Shown: positions 49,311 through 60,819, counted from the stretch's first letter. The stretch: 64,000 bases of DNA from Archaeoglobus sp. JdFR-37 (GCA_002010215.1 MTMY01000033.1:1-64000), one strand, 5' to 3'. Notes: generated by a model not told the origin, from the sequence alone. Made by a program: numbers and translations.

Positions 49311-50258
49311 ATGGAAGTGTTCATAGAACGTAATGATGGTGATCTAGAATTTGATGTGGCAATAGTTGGGGCGGGTCCTGCTGGCCTTACCGCTGCAATA
49401 TACGCAGCAAGATATGGACTCAAAACAGTTTTTTTCGAAACAGTAGATCCCACTTCTCAGCTTGCTCTGACCCCCACAATCGAAAATTATCCTGGATTTG
49501 AAGGGCCTGGTTACAGGCTTTTGGAAAAAATGAGGGAACAGGCTCTGAAGTTTGGTGCAAATCACAAACTTGAGAACGTGGAGAAAGTCATAAGAGGAGA
49601 GAATGGATTTATCGTGATAACCGATTCTGCTACATACAAAGCAAAGGCTATTATCATCGCAACTGGTGGAAAACACGCAGAACTTGGAGTTCCAGGCGAG
49701 AAGGAGTTTGTTGGAAGAGGTGTCAGCTACTGTGCCACCTGTGATGGCAACTTTTTCAGAGATAAGAGAGTTTTGGTGGTTGGTGGCGGGAACACTGCAG
49801 TTACTGATGCTATTTATCTCAAAGAAATTGGATGCGATGTAACACTTATCCATCGTAGAGATGAGTTGAGGGCTGAAAAAGCTTTGCAGGAAGAGCTTTT
49901 TAAGAGAAAGATACCTGTAATCTGGAATTCAGTAGTTATAGGGATAGAAGGGGATGGAAAGGTTCAAAGAGCAGTCATCAAAAACAGAGTTACGGGAGAG
50001 GAAAGTGTCATTGAAGTTGATGGGGTCTTTATTGCAGTGGGCATAAGGCCTGCCACTGAAATTGTTGAAGAGCTAGGAGTGGAGAGAGACGAGAATGGTT
50101 ACATAGTCGTGGATTCGAGGCAGGCTACGAACGTTAAAGGTGTTTTTGCTGCTGGAGACTGCTGCAATAAACCCCTCAAGCAGGCAGTGACTGCTGCTGG
50201 AGATGGAGCATTGGCTGCCAACTCAGCTTTTGAGTACATAAAGATGGCATCAAAATGA
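49311..50258 (+). CDS. trxB: Thioredoxin reductase
   Basis: GAGPAG, GVSYCATCDG, GGGNTA, FAAGD; start ATG 49311 with GGAGGTG SD. Confidence 0.95.
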   Translation: MEVFIERNDGDLEFDVAIVGAGPAGLTAAIYAARYGLKTVFFETVDPTSQLALTPTIENYPGFEGPGYRLLEKMREQALKFGANHKLENVEKVIRGENGFIVITDSATYKAKAIIIATGGKHAELGVPGEKEFVGRGVSYCATCDGNFFRDKRVLVVGGGNTAVTDAIYLKEIGCDVTLIHRRDELRAEKALQEELFKRKIPVIWNSVVIGIEGDGKVQRAVIKNRVTGEESVIEVDGVFIAVGIRPATEIVEELGVERDENGYIVVDSRQATNVKGVFAAGDCCNKPLKQAVTAAGDGALAANSAFEYIKMASK

Positions 50259-50284
50259 GATAAATATCTGACTTTTTCACAAGA

Positions 50285-51241
50285 CTATGATGAAGTGATA
50301 CTGATTATTTTTTGATGAGTCTTGTAAAGCCTGTCGGCAACACCTATAAGATAATCGAGGTCCTTTAAACTCTCTAGAAACTTTTTCTCTATTCCCTCCA
50401 ACCCAACCTTTGCCCCCATAAGGCTTCCAGCAATAGCAGCGGTTGAATCTGCATCTCCTCCGGAATTCACGGCTGTGATGACTGCATCACTGAATTTCTC
50501 TGCTGAAAAGTAGCAGTAGAAAGCGAAAGGAACAGCATCATAGCTGGATATGGAGTTGCCAAGTTCTGCTATTGCTTTACCTACATCTTCTCCTGCAATT
50601 TTGTAGGCATATCTTACTTTATCAGCAAGGAGCTCATCATACTTGGTGGCACGTGTAGCTGCCTCTTCAGCAATCTCTGCATCATCAAAATCTAGAAGTA
50701 TTGAAGCAACGGCTACAGCAACAGCCACGCTTCCTGCGATGGCAGCATCACCTTTGTGAGTAACCATGGCAGATATGACAGCATACCTCTCAACTAGGTC
50801 AAGATTGAAGTGGTATACCAGACCTACCGGCGCAACCCTCATAGCTGCCCCGCAAGTGTCCGAAATTATTCCTGAATTTTTCCATTCTGCTCCTTGACTC
50901 AGTCTGTAAATTGCCCTTCTTGTTGTCGGCCCGATTCGAGGGTTCATGGACTCTATGCCCCACTTTTTCAGCCTTTCAGAAAAATCTTCTGGGCTGAAAT
51001 AGATGGTTTCTGCAATGGATTGTGCAAGAATGATTGCCTGTTCTGTGTCGTCAGTCCACTCTCCTGCATTGAAATCACCGACAGGAGATGGGAGATAGCA
51101 GTCTATTCGCCCGTAAATTTCATTAATCTGTTCTACACTCATTCCTTCCGCTGGCATTCCCAGAGCATCACCTACCGCAAGCCCAGTTATACAGCCTCTG
51201 AACTGTGACTGGAGATCCATTGAATCAAGCTCTGCAGCCAC
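50285..51241 (-). CDS. ADP-ribosylglycohydrolase family protein
   Basis: GDALGMP.E, WTDDT, GAAMR, VTH, GGDADSTAAIAG. Confidence 0.92.
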   Translation of the reverse strand: MAAELDSMDLQSQFRGCITGLAVGDALGMPAEGMSVEQINEIYGRIDCYLPSPVGDFNAGEWTDDTEQAIILAQSIAETIYFSPEDFSERLKKWGIESMNPRIGPTTRRAIYRLSQGAEWKNSGIISDTCGAAMRVAPVGLVYHFNLDLVERYAVISAMVTHKGDAAIAGSVAVAVAVASILLDFDDAEIAEEAATRATKYDELLADKVRYAYKIAGEDVGKAIAELGNSISSYDAVPFAFYCYFSAEKFSDAVITAVNSGGDADSTAAIAGSLMGAKVGLEGIEKKFLESLKDLDYLIGVADRLYKTHQKIISITSS

Positions 51242-51299
51242 GGTTAAAAATGTAGCGGAAAAGATAAAAGATATAATTCCTACATGCTATTAGTTCTTC

Positions 51300-51914
51300 A
51301 TGGATCGTAAAATTGCAGCTTTAATGGTTCTTGGAGTCATTCTTGTTCCGATTGTCATGCTACTGCCTCCTGAAAAGAGTCTGGGCAACTCTTACAAATT
51401 CATCTATGTCCATCTGCCAATGTCTATAATTGTGCTCGGCTCCGTGATGCTCTACCCCATCATAATTCTAGCATTCAGAAATACTGAACTAAGTGCTCTG
51501 ACATTTACTATCGTAACCTTTCTTTTCTCTATTGCCCAAATCTTGGTTTCCATGCTGTTCATGCAGTTTGCATGGTCAGGTATCGCATTTTATGAGCCTA
51601 GAATGCTTTTTAATTTAGCAATTGTGGTGATTCTGGCAGGATCAGTCGCCCTTAGATTCCTCGAACAAAAACTTGCTTTTTCATATTCCCTAGCAGTTCC
51701 CATTCTAGCCATTTGGGTGTATTACAGCATCATGTCGAATTATACATTCCAGCTCCATCCTGAGAGTTTTGTCAAAATGAATGTCCTTCTTTTATCGCCT
51801 TTTGTGATTGCAATCCCGTTTTTTGGGCTTCTGTACATAGTGACATTCGAAAAAATTAGAGTAATTCTGAAAAAACTCTCAGAGCATGGTCAACTTCCTC
51901 TTCAGAAATTGTAA
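51300..51914 (+). CDS. Membrane protein, CcmC/cytochrome c assembly-like (divergent)
   Basis: YKFIYVHLP, W....YEPR, LHP motifs in a multi-TM protein. Confidence 0.5.
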   Translation: MDRKIAALMVLGVILVPIVMLLPPEKSLGNSYKFIYVHLPMSIIVLGSVMLYPIIILAFRNTELSALTFTIVTFLFSIAQILVSMLFMQFAWSGIAFYEPRMLFNLAIVVILAGSVALRFLEQKLAFSYSLAVPILAIWVYYSIMSNYTFQLHPESFVKMNVLLLSPFVIAIPFFGLLYIVTFEKIRVILKKLSEHGQLPLQKL

Positions 51915-52998
51915 GAGGTGGAAGAAGTCTGACTGTTTTTTCGGAAGTATTGTTAATAACCACTCCTTTCTCAAGAGCTTTTTTGACGAACTCTGCAGCG
52001 TCTTTTACCTCGAAGCCAATCATCAAACCCATACCTCTGCTTATTAGACCTAGGTCTGAAAGAGCCTCTTTAAACCGTTCACCCATTTTTCTGGAGTTTT
52101 CAACCAAGTTCTCCTTTTCTAACACTTCAATAGTGGCAAGAGCTGCCATACATGCAAGTGGATTTCCGCCGAATGTGGAACCGTGATCTCCTGCCTCAAG
52201 CTTTTCTGCAACCTCTTCTGTTACCCCAATCGCTCCTATAGGAAAGCCGTTGCCCATACCCTTGGCCAAGGTGATTATATCTGGCTGAACTCCGAAATGC
52301 TCTTTGGCAAACCACTTCCCAATTCTGCCGAACCCTGTTTGGATTTCGTCAAAAATGACCAAATAGTTGTACTCATCCCTCAGCCTCATGATCTCTTGGA
52401 TAAACATCTGTTCTGCAGGATAAACTCCTGCCTCTCCTTGGACAGGCTCTACTATCACCGCTGCAGTCTCATTATCAACTGCTTTATTCAAATCATCCAC
52501 GTTGTTATATTCTGCAAACTCTACAGGATGAATTAGTGGTTCAAAGGGTTTTCTGAATTTCTCCTTGTAAGTGACAGAGAGGGCCCCCATTGTTCTGCCA
52601 TGAAATGCATTGCTGAAAGCTACAAACTTCTTTCTGCCCGTTACTTTCCTTGCAATTTTTAATGCAGCTTCAACAGCCTCAGTTCCACTGTTACAGAAGA
52701 AAAACCTGTCCATACCAGTGATTTTCCCCAGCATTTCAGCCAGCTCCACCTGTGGAGTTGTATAGTAGAGGTTTGAAACTTGAATGAGTCTGGAAAGCTG
52801 CTCAGAGACCTTTTTGACAAAGTAAGGGTGGGAGTGGCCGAGCACAACGCATGCTATTCCTGCAACCAAATCAAGGTATTTTCTCCCCTCTACATCGTAG
52901 AGCCAGCATCCCTCGCCTCTTTCAAACACAACTTTCTGTCGCCTGAAGAATTGTATCAAAAATTCTGCCTCCCTCTTGATGATATCGTCGGCATTCAT
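51856..52998 (-). CDS. argD: Acetylornithine aminotransferase
   Basis: NSGTEA, FHGRT, EPVQGE, DEIQTG.GR, LAKG, HGSTFGGNP. Confidence 0.92.
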   Translation of the reverse strand: MNADDIIKREAEFLIQFFRRQKVVFERGEGCWLYDVEGRKYLDLVAGIACVVLGHSHPYFVKKVSEQLSRLIQVSNLYYTTPQVELAEMLGKITGMDRFFFCNSGTEAVEAALKIARKVTGRKKFVAFSNAFHGRTMGALSVTYKEKFRKPFEPLIHPVEFAEYNNVDDLNKAVDNETAAVIVEPVQGEAGVYPAEQMFIQEIMRLRDEYNYLVIFDEIQTGFGRIGKWFAKEHFGVQPDIITLAKGMGNGFPIGAIGVTEEVAEKLEAGDHGSTFGGNPLACMAALATIEVLEKENLVENSRKMGERFKEALSDLGLISRGMGLMIGFEVKDAAEFVKKALEKGVVINNTSEKTVRLLPPLTISEEEVDHALRVFSELL

Positions 52999-53031
52999 AA
53001 CTACCCCTACCCGATGGAAACCCTACAACCT

Positions 53032-53946
53032 CTACTCATACTCGATGGTGGCGGGAGGTTTGGGAGTAATATCGTAGACCACTCTTGCAACCTCTGGGAT
53101 TTCTCCTGTTATCCTCAAAGCCATTTTTCTGAGCTTTTCATAGTCGATTTGAATGGGGTCTGCTGTCATGCCATCCCTACTTTCTACAGCCCTGATGGCA
53201 ATTATGTAACCATAAACTCTGATATCTCCCTTAACGCCTGTTGCTTTTCCAATCAAGGCAGCAAATGCCTGCCATTTTGGATAATCCTTGAGTTCGTCCT
53301 CCACTATTTTTGTGGCTCTTCTTACAACCTCTACTTTCTCAGGTGTTACCTCTCCGACAATCCTGACTGCCAGTCCAGGGCCAGGAAACGGCATTCTTTC
53401 TGAAATCTCGTCAGGTAAGCCTAAATACCTTGCAACTTCCCTCACCTCATCCTTGTAAAGTTCTCTCAGAGGTTCAATAACATCCTGGAAGGTATAGTGA
53501 AGCGGAAATCCGCCAACGTTGTGATGACTCTTTATCCCACCCTGGCTTTCGATGATGTCTGGATATATTGTTCCCTGTATCAGGTAATCTGCCTTGTGCT
53601 CTTCGGCAACCCTCTCGAATATCCTCACAAATAGCTCTCCAACAACCTTTCTCTTTTCTTCTGGGTCGATAATACCTTCAAGTGCCTTGAAAAACTCATC
53701 CTTCGCATCAACAAAAACCAGATTCATTTTGCCAAATATCTCTCGAACTCTCTCTGGCTCGCCTTCTCTCATAAGCCCCGTATCAACAAAAACCGGGATC
53801 AATCTCTCGCCTATTGCTTTGTAGGCCAGAACGGTACATACAGAGCTATCAACACCGCCCGATAGGGCAATTATCGCTTTTCCTTCACCAACCTTTTCTT
53901 TTATCTCTTGAATCGCTTCCTCAACGAACTTTTCAACATTCACCAT
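53032..53946 (-). CDS. guaAB: GMP synthase subunit B (ATP pyrophosphatase)
   Basis: [36 protein letters not shown]; start ATG 53946. Confidence 0.95.
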   Translation of the reverse strand: MVNVEKFVEEAIQEIKEKVGEGKAIIALSGGVDSSVCTVLAYKAIGERLIPVFVDTGLMREGEPERVREIFGKMNLVFVDAKDEFFKALEGIIDPEEKRKVVGELFVRIFERVAEEHKADYLIQGTIYPDIIESQGGIKSHHNVGGFPLHYTFQDVIEPLRELYKDEVREVARYLGLPDEISERMPFPGPGLAVRIVGEVTPEKVEVVRRATKIVEDELKDYPKWQAFAALIGKATGVKGDIRVYGYIIAIRAVESRDGMTADPIQIDYEKLRKMALRITGEIPEVARVVYDITPKPPATIEYE

Positions 53947-53956
53947 GATCACCTTC

Positions 53957-55624
53957 CTAGTTCTCTTCCTGATATTCCTCCCGACCTTTAATTTGATCTT
54001 TAACTTCACCTTCTCCGGCCTCTTTAGCCAGTGTTCCATATTCTTCAGCATAGGAAAGAGCTGCTTTAACAAGCCCTACGAAGGGTGGAGATGGTGCATA
54101 GGGGCGTGATTTAAATTCAGGATGGAACTGAGTCGCAAAGAAAAACCTCCTGTTCGGAAGTTCAAGAATTTCCATTCTTCTTCCGCTATCAGAAAAACCT
54201 GAGAAAACTATCCCTTTTTCTTCGAATTCGGGGATATACTCTGGGTTCACTTCATAACGGTGCCTGTGCCTCTCAACAATCTTATCTTTTCCATACAGCT
54301 TCCAAGCTATGGTGTTGGGCTTTATGGTTACTTCAATGTCGCCCAACCTCATAGTTCCTCCTAATTTATCCAGATTCTTCTGTTCTGGAAGCAAATCTAT
54401 GACTGGATGAGGTGTGTCTGCAAGCTCATTGCTGTTGGCCTCTTCAAGACCTAGCACATTTCTAGCAAACTCTATCACCGCCAGCTGAAAACCGAAACAA
54501 ATGCCCAGAAAAGGAATGTCGTTAACTCTTGCATATTCTATGGCCTTTATCTTACCCTCGCTCCCTCTCTTTCCGAAACCTCCGGGGACAAGAACTCCAT
54601 CTGCCTCAATTTCAACCTCATCGAACCACTCGAATTCCTCACTATCTATCCACAATACATTAACCTTACAGCCTGCTGCAATTCCTCCATGCTTCAATGC
54701 CTCTCTTATGCTGATGTATGCGTCTCTCACATCAATATATTTCCCAACCACCGCAATAGTGATCTCTTTTTCAAGCTCTTTAAGCCGTTTCACCATATCA
54801 GTCCACTCTTTTCTCTCCTTCTTTCTGTCAAGCCTGAGCCGTTTTAGAAGAATCTCATCAAGCTTCTCCTCCTTGAACTTCAAAGGTACTTCATAAATAT
54901 CTTCAGCGTCTTCAGCGCTGATGACTGCTTCAGGTGAGACATCACAGAACAGGGCGATCTTCTTTTTCGTGGATTCCTTCAACCTTTCTCTGCACCTTCC
55001 CACAATGACGTCTGGATGTAGACCTAAACTCCTCAATTCCTTCACGCTGTGCTGCGTCGGCTTTGTTTTCTGTTCACCACCGCTGTCTAGAGGCACGAGA
55101 GTTACATGCACGAGGATGAAGTCCTCTTCTTTTTCCTCGTTGTGCATCTGCCTTACCGCTTCTAGGAATGGCATGCTTTCAATGTCTCCTACTGTGCCCC
55201 CAATCTCAATTAAACAGATGTCCGCATCATTTTTCGATGCAGTCCTTCTTATCCAAGATTTAATCTCGTCTGTTATGTGGGGGATTATCTGGACCGTCTG
55301 ACCGAGATATTCTCCTTTTCTCTCCTTTTCTATAACTCTGCTGTAAACCTTACCTGTGGTTATGTTGTGGTCTCCTGTTAGCTCTACGCCAATAAAACGT
55401 TCGTAATGTCCTAAATCAAGATCAACCTCAGTTCCATCCTTCAAAACATAAACTTCTCCGTGTTGGAATGGGTTCATGGTGCCGGCATCTATGTTAATAT
55501 AGGGATCAATCTTGATAGGTGTCACCTTATATCCCATGTCTACCAGCAGCCTGCCTATGCTAGCCGCTGTAATCCCTTTGCCCAGCCCACTCATGACACC
55601 GCCTGTCACAACGATATACTTCAT
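53957..55624 (-). CDS. pyrG: CTP synthase
   Basis: [42 protein letters not shown]. Confidence 0.98.
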   Translation of the reverse strand: MKYIVVTGGVMSGLGKGITAASIGRLLVDMGYKVTPIKIDPYINIDAGTMNPFQHGEVYVLKDGTEVDLDLGHYERFIGVELTGDHNITTGKVYSRVIEKERKGEYLGQTVQIIPHITDEIKSWIRRTASKNDADICLIEIGGTVGDIESMPFLEAVRQMHNEEKEEDFILVHVTLVPLDSGGEQKTKPTQHSVKELRSLGLHPDVIVGRCRERLKESTKKKIALFCDVSPEAVISAEDAEDIYEVPLKFKEEKLDEILLKRLRLDRKKERKEWTDMVKRLKELEKEITIAVVGKYIDVRDAYISIREALKHGGIAAGCKVNVLWIDSEEFEWFDEVEIEADGVLVPGGFGKRGSEGKIKAIEYARVNDIPFLGICFGFQLAVIEFARNVLGLEEANSNELADTPHPVIDLLPEQKNLDKLGGTMRLGDIEVTIKPNTIAWKLYGKDKIVERHRHRYEVNPEYIPEFEEKGIVFSGFSDSGRRMEILELPNRRFFFATQFHPEFKSRPYAPSPPFVGLVKAALSYAEEYGTLAKEAGEGEVKDQIKGREEYQEEN

Positions 55625-55656
55625 TGCTTCACCTCAGACATCTAGCTCTCAAGACA

Positions 55657-55836
55657 TCATCTCAATTCCGGCGGGAGCATGTTTGGAATACCCTCTTCGA
55701 TGGGATAAATGATGTCGCACTTCTCACAGATCAGCTTTCCAGTTATGATTTCCTCTTCTGTCTCCTCATCTATCTCAAGCTCGAGATCTCCTTTACACAG
55801 TGGGCAGCAGAGTATTTCCATCAGCTTTTTCCTCAT
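55657..55836 (-). CDS. trm112: Trm112-like methyltransferase activator (59 aa)
   Basis: Manual translation MRKKLMEILCCPLCKGDLEL...CEKC..YPIEEGIPNMLPPELR; below ORF-track cutoff. Confidence 0.9.
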   Translation of the reverse strand: MRKKLMEILCCPLCKGDLELEIDEETEEEIITGKLICEKCDIIYPIEEGIPNMLPPELR

Positions 55837-55888
55837 ATACTCACCTCTTACCTCCTTATCCGGCTCACCAGCTCACCATTACATCCCA

Positions 55889-56899
55889 TTACAGCTTCTC
55901 ATCTCTCAAGTCAATTATATGCTCCATTTCAGGGCCAGTGGATATAAGCGTTACAGGTGTTCTGGTGTCCTCCTCAACTTTCTCAATGAAGGACTTAGCT
56001 TTGGATGTCAGCTTCCCCCACTCCTTCACTCCAAAACATTCTTTGTCCAACTTATCTATTCCGGTAATAGCAATCTGCGTCGCCCCATTAATCATTGCGG
56101 AGTACCTTGCAAGCTCACCATCCCAATAGCCAACTCTCCTCCTTCTACCAGTGACCGTGCCATATTCCACAATCCCTAGTCTTTCGGCTTCCTCTTCAGG
56201 CATCTCCGTTGGGAATGGGCCAGCACCAACTCTCGTTGGGAACGATTTGAAGACCACAACAACATCTTCAACTCTTGTAGGCCCGATTCCAACATCAGCG
56301 GCCATGGTAGAGGCTGTTGTATCTTTGGAAGTTACATATGGATACGTTCCATAATAAAGACTTAGAGCGAATCCCTGAGACCCTTCTACCAAAACGAACT
56401 CTCCCTTGTCCATAGCTTCGTTTATGGCAATGGGAACATCTTCAAGAAACGGTTGAAGGGTTTCCACATCTTTGGCAAGTTTTGCAACTCTCAGCACTCT
56501 ATCTGCATTTGCTGGCCCACATCCACTTCCTGTTGTGCCAATTTTTTCCTTTAGGTAATCCTTCGAGTCTGCTTCGATGTGCTTTTGCTCAATAACAGCA
56601 CACCTATAATCAATAAAAGTTCTGTCATGGGCCTTCAGAAGCTCAACCTCCTTTAGAAACACTTCAGGGTTAATCAAAACACCAGCCCCAATCATTAACT
56701 TAGCATCCCTGTACACAAAACCAGAGGGAATCATTCTAACTCCAAACTTCTTTCCTTCAAAATATACTGTATGTCCTGCATTCGGACCCACGCCACCTCT
56801 TGCTATTATGCTTGGTTCATCGGTATGTGCGATGTGGGCGATTATTTTCCCTTTACCTTCATCACCCCAAAATCCTCCAACAACTATAGTTGCCGTCAT
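55889..56899 (-). CDS. purA: Adenylosuccinate synthetase (short archaeal type)
   Basis: [37 protein letters not shown]; start ATG 56899. Confidence 0.96.
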   Translation of the reverse strand: MTATIVVGGFWGDEGKGKIIAHIAHTDEPSIIARGGVGPNAGHTVYFEGKKFGVRMIPSGFVYRDAKLMIGAGVLINPEVFLKEVELLKAHDRTFIDYRCAVIEQKHIEADSKDYLKEKIGTTGSGCGPANADRVLRVAKLAKDVETLQPFLEDVPIAINEAMDKGEFVLVEGSQGFALSLYYGTYPYVTSKDTTASTMAADVGIGPTRVEDVVVVFKSFPTRVGAGPFPTEMPEEEAERLGIVEYGTVTGRRRRVGYWDGELARYSAMINGATQIAITGIDKLDKECFGVKEWGKLTSKAKSFIEKVEEDTRTPVTLISTGPEMEHIIDLRDEKL

Positions 56900-56999
56900 A
56901 GCCAATCCCACTAAAGCTCGGGAAGGGTGTATATAAGGTTGATGAATATCCAATATGGTGAGGGTGAAACACCCTATCGGCACTTTTTTATTCAAAGCA

Positions 57000-57737
57000 A
57001 TGTTCAATTTCGTCATGCTCTTTGTAATTCTCTTAAGCTCCATCCTTGTAAGCTTGCCTTCACTTGCTGGAGTAGTAACCCTTTCTATGAGGGAAGATCT
57101 CTTCAGAAAAATAATCTTCATGCTTGTAAGCCTTTCTGCAGGAGTTCTCATGGGTGCATCGCTTCTCCACCTGATACCTGAGGCTATAGAGGAGATAGAA
57201 GTAAGAACAGTAATGCTGATTACATTACTGGGTTTTTCCTCCTTTTTCCTCCTTGAGAGGGTGATGAGGTGGCGGCACTGCCATGAAGATGAATGCGATG
57301 TTCATCCGGTAACGTACCTCGCACTGATAGGCGATAGCCTCCACAACTTTATTGATGGAGTCATCATTGCGGGAAGCTACCTCATAGACTTTAACGTGGG
57401 ATTGATAACTACAACAGCAGTACTGCTGCATGAGGTTCCTCAAGAGCTAGGAGATTTTGCAGTTCTCGTACACGGCGGTTTTACAAAGAATAAGGCCATT
57501 ATGTTTAATTTTGTAACAGCATTGACTTCTGTCTTGGGAGCGGTTCTTGGGTATTTCCTCCTCTTTTCTGAAAATTTTGTTGTCTTCATCCTGCCTTTTG
57601 CTGCAGGAAACTTTCTGTATATAGCAAGCTCAGACCTGATTCCTGAGCTACATAAAGAGACCGAGATCAGGAGATCAGCTACAAGCTTTACGATATTCCT
57701 CCTTGGATTGGGAATTATGGTCCTGTTCTCCATCTGA
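57000..57737 (+). CDS. ZIP-family metal transporter
   Basis: [33 protein letters not shown]. Confidence 0.92.
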   Translation: MFNFVMLFVILLSSILVSLPSLAGVVTLSMREDLFRKIIFMLVSLSAGVLMGASLLHLIPEAIEEIEVRTVMLITLLGFSSFFLLERVMRWRHCHEDECDVHPVTYLALIGDSLHNFIDGVIIAGSYLIDFNVGLITTTAVLLHEVPQELGDFAVLVHGGFTKNKAIMFNFVTALTSVLGAVLGYFLLFSENFVVFILPFAAGNFLYIASSDLIPELHKETEIRRSATSFTIFLLGLGIMVLFSI

Positions 57738-57820
57738 TGCAAATTGAAATTATTTTACATTACAAAAACTCAACGTTAAGCTTCCTAAAAATTATAAATC
57801 CCATTTGACAACTGGACATC

Positions 57821-58318
57821 ATGAAACTTACCGGTAAAGCATGGAAATTCGGTGACGACATTTCCACCGACCATATTACTCCAGGAAGGTACTACCATTT
57901 AAGAAGCAAAATGGAAGAGCTTGCAAAACACGTAATGGAGGATGCTGATCCTGAATTTCCCAAGAAAATGAAACCCGGAGATTTTATTGTTGCTGGAAAA
58001 AATTTCGGTATGGGGAGCAGCAGAGAACATGCTCCTCTGGCTCTGAAAATAGCTGGTGTTTCAGCGATTATAGCAAAATCTTTTGCCAGAATTTTCTACA
58101 GAAATGCCATCAATATTGGCCTTCCGGTCCTCATTGCTGATACTGATGCTATTGAGGAAGGGGATGAACTTGAAGTTGACCTCTCCACAGGTGTTATAAA
58201 GAACCTGACAAAGGGAAGTGAGATAAAGGCAAAGCCAATGCCGAAAGTAATGATAAGAATCCTTCAGGAAGGTGGACTGGTAAATTTCGTCAAAAAACAC
58301 GGTGATCTGGCAGTATGA
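57821..58318 (+). CDS. leuD: Isopropylmalate/homoaconitase-type dehydratase small subunit
   Basis: [33 protein letters not shown]. Confidence 0.88.
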   Translation: MKLTGKAWKFGDDISTDHITPGRYYHLRSKMEELAKHVMEDADPEFPKKMKPGDFIVAGKNFGMGSSREHAPLALKIAGVSAIIAKSFARIFYRNAINIGLPVLIADTDAIEEGDELEVDLSTGVIKNLTKGSEIKAKPMPKVMIRILQEGGLVNFVKKHGDLAV

Positions 58319-58404
58319 GATGCCCGAATTGTGGTAACGGATCGTATTTCAGCAGTTCTGGCGGTAAAGTAAGATGCGACGTTTGTGGAGAAGAGATAGG
58401 ATAG
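58315..58404 (+). CDS. Putative 29-aa CPxCG zinc-finger micro-protein
   Basis: [33 protein letters not shown] overlap with leuD stop; GGTGA SD. Confidence 0.55.
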   Translation: MRCPNCGNGSYFSSSGGKVRCDVCGEEIG

Positions 58405-58409
58405 ACAGG

Positions 58410-58790
58410 GTGGATGAGACTGCCCCCAAGAAGGCTATTAGAAGGGGGTTGTTGATGGCCATGATAGAAGCCTCCAAGAGCAGTCACCCTTACGAGTTTG
58501 TAGCACTTTTGACAGGTAAAAAAGGCGTGATAGAAGAATTCATAATGCTACCCTATGAGAGTGGCGAGACAATGGCCATTATTCAAACTCATGCTCTTCC
58601 TATTGGAGTCAAGATAATGGGAACCGTTCACAGCCATCCCTCACCGAACCCAACACCATCCGATGAGGACTTAAACATGTTCTCCTCTTATGGTGGTGTA
58701 CATATAATCATTCATTACCCCTATTGCCAGAATTGCTGGAAAGCATACAATGTAAGGGGTGAAGAGACGGAACTGGAGGTGATAGATTGA
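58410..58790 (+). CDS. JAMM/MPN+ metalloprotease
   Basis: HPYE, HSHPS...PS..D; start uncertain (GTG 58410 assumed). Confidence 0.85.
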   Translation: MDETAPKKAIRRGLLMAMIEASKSSHPYEFVALLTGKKGVIEEFIMLPYESGETMAIIQTHALPIGVKIMGTVHSHPSPNPTPSDEDLNMFSSYGGVHIIIHYPYCQNCWKAYNVRGEETELEVID

Positions 58791-59239
58791 AAAGGGTGGT
58801 GGCAACCGGTACTTTTGACATCATACATCCCGGTCACATTACCTTTCTTGAGGAGGCAAAAAAACTGGGAGATGAGCTAATCGTAATTGTAGCCAGAGAA
58901 AAGAATGTTAAACACAAGCCCAAGCCCGTTATTCCAGAGGAACAGAGGAGAAAAGTTGTTGAAGCCCTTAAACCCGTAGATAAGGCAATTCTGGGAGATA
59001 GAGACGATATTTTTAAACCAATAATGGAGCTAAAGCCAGATGTTATAGTTCTCGGGTACGATCAGCACTTTAACGAATCTTGGCTTGAGAATGAACTAAT
59101 GAAAAGGGGTCTTAACTGCAGAGTTGTAAGGATAGAAAAAAGGGTTGAGTGCGAACTCTGCAGCTCTGCTAAGATTATTGAAAGAATTCTTGGCTTGAAA
59201 TTGCAGCAAGAACAGCAAGAACAGAAACAGCAGCCTTGA
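58787..59239 (+). CDS. ribL: FAD synthetase (archaeal cytidylyltransferase family)
   Basis: GTFDIIHPGH, QR..VV.ALKPVD, LGYDQ, C.LCSS. Confidence 0.82.
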   Translation: MKRVVATGTFDIIHPGHITFLEEAKKLGDELIVIVAREKNVKHKPKPVIPEEQRRKVVEALKPVDKAILGDRDDIFKPIMELKPDVIVLGYDQHFNESWLENELMKRGLNCRVVRIEKRVECELCSSAKIIERILGLKLQQEQQEQKQQP

Positions 59240-59417
59240 GATTTATCATAAAATCATCTATGGCAGATATAACCGACTCTACTCTCGATTCTACTTCTAT
59301 AACCACCCCGTCTTCAAACCTGCTTTTTGCCCATGGCTGGTCATCAGGATTCAGGGAAGCTGCTAGAATCTCAGAATTCTCATGGCATATGTCTATACGG
59401 ACGCGAACTCGTAGCAA
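59175..59417 (-). CDS. pcc1: KEOPS subunit Pcc1-like
   Basis: SL.PDD, S...AIDDF..NL; follows DHH gene as in the conserved euryarchaeal cluster. Confidence 0.65.
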   Translation of the reverse strand: MLRVRVRIDICHENSEILAASLNPDDQPWAKSRFEDGVVIEVESRVESVISAIDDFMINLKAAVSVLAVLAAISSQEFFQ

Positions 59418-60697
59418 AGTCTGTCAACCTCCTTTATAAACTCTTCAACCCTCTCGGGAGGTACTGTAGCTCCTGCAGCAACGCTATGGCCACCACCAGT
59501 CCCTCCAACTTTTTCTGCAGCCATTCTCATAACTGCTGCCAGATCAATCTTTTCAGCAATTCTGGCATTGGATCTGGCTGAAACCTTGGCGATACTGTTC
59601 TTGATGTTTACTACAATCAGTGGCCTATCACTGAAGAGGCATCTTGAGAGAGCTGAAGCTATCGGACCGGTTGTTGGAGCTCTTTCCATAATGAGATATC
59701 TTATGCATTCTCCTTCCTGTACTTCTGCCCTTCTCTTTCTGATCTCCTCTACAACTTCACTCTGGAACCTCATCCAAATTTCGTAGGCTCTATGGAGGTA
59801 ACTCTCATCCCTCATGCATAATGCAAATCCTACAGAATGCTCAGATACTCTCCCACATGCATTTACAATTTCAGAGAGCATAAATGCGTTATTTACAAGT
59901 TCGTGTCTGAGCCAGTATTTCCTACCAATGAACTGTTCAAAGACGCCTTCATAGGCGTTATTCCCTAGCAACCTGATTGCTATGGCGTTTGCAAGCTTCT
60001 CTTCCGATTCCTCATCCAGTTCATCAAGTTCTATGTCACCTGAAAGGCTGATATCCTCGAGAAATTCATCAACTTCAGCTGGCTCATTAAAACCTAGATA
60101 CGGCTCAGTGGAAAGCCAGAGAACATCCTTGAGTTTGCCTGAGATCATGTTGAGTCCTTTTCTTTCTTCTATAAATCCTCTTTCTAAACCTTCTTTGACG
60201 ATTTGAGCGTTTCCAGCAGTTATTTGCTGCTTATCACCTATGATTCCAAGAAGCGCAATCGTCGAAAGGTCGTGATTTTCTCCGAGTTCGCTCGCCACAA
60301 AATATGCTGTCCCACTTCCAGAAAGTTCAAAACTACCGTCAAGCCCGGCAAGATGTGGGTTTACGTGAACAAATGTTCTGGTAGGTGTTGCCTTACCATA
60401 TGGGAAGTGATGGTCTATTACTATGATGTCAGCGTTTATGGATGAGATCACCTCTGGATACCCGCTGCCCATGTCCTGAAAGATTACTAACTCATCGCTG
60501 CTGTACTCCAGTTCATCGCTAGCAGGATTGCGTACGTATGAAATATGAAAAGGCTTCCCTGCTCTGAGTAAAGATGTAGCAAGAACGGCGGAAGCAGATA
60601 TACCATCTACATCATAGTGGGCGAAGATTCTTATGAAATCATGCCTCATTATCAGCTCTGCTGCTTTTCTCGCTTCAGCTCTCAGTAAATCAAACAT
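59393..60697 (-). CDS. DHH-family phosphoesterase (RecJ-like, DHHA1)
   Basis: HYDVDG, DMGSG, IDHH, GDKQ, GGGH..AAGA. Confidence 0.9.
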   Translation of the reverse strand: MFDLLRAEARKAAELIMRHDFIRIFAHYDVDGISASAVLATSLLRAGKPFHISYVRNPASDELEYSSDELVIFQDMGSGYPEVISSINADIIVIDHHFPYGKATPTRTFVHVNPHLAGLDGSFELSGSGTAYFVASELGENHDLSTIALLGIIGDKQQITAGNAQIVKEGLERGFIEERKGLNMISGKLKDVLWLSTEPYLGFNEPAEVDEFLEDISLSGDIELDELDEESEEKLANAIAIRLLGNNAYEGVFEQFIGRKYWLRHELVNNAFMLSEIVNACGRVSEHSVGFALCMRDESYLHRAYEIWMRFQSEVVEEIRKRRAEVQEGECIRYLIMERAPTTGPIASALSRCLFSDRPLIVVNIKNSIAKVSARSNARIAEKIDLAAVMRMAAEKVGGTGGGHSVAAGATVPPERVEEFIKEVDRLCYEFASV

Positions 60698-60744
60698 GAA
60701 ATCACCTTAAAATTGGGGGTGGAGTGAGGTGTTGGTTGTGCATA

Positions 60745-60819
60745 TAGCGGGGCGTGGATTTGAACCACGGATCTGCGGGTTATGAGCCCGCCGGGATTAC
60801 CTAGCTACCCCACCCCGCT
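60745..60819 (-). tRNA. Initiator tRNA-Met (CAT)
   Basis: AGCGGGG..CCCCGCT acceptor stem with A1:U72, GGG/CCC anticodon stem around CTCATAA, GGTTCAAATCC T-arm; CCA not encoded. Confidence 0.95.

Noticed and set aside
53947..54072. Apparent long guaAB/pyrG overlap, and similar N-terminal extensions of purA, the KaiC-like gene and the nitrilase in the ORF track
   Set aside because: Artefacts of longest-ORF start choice; downstream ATGs match family N-termini
55633..55661. C-box/D-box-like ATGATG...CTGA (minus strand) ahead of pyrG, possible K-turn or C/D sRNA
   Set aside because: Too short for a guide RNA, imperfect C box, and the motifs overlap the trm112 stop and pyrG SD
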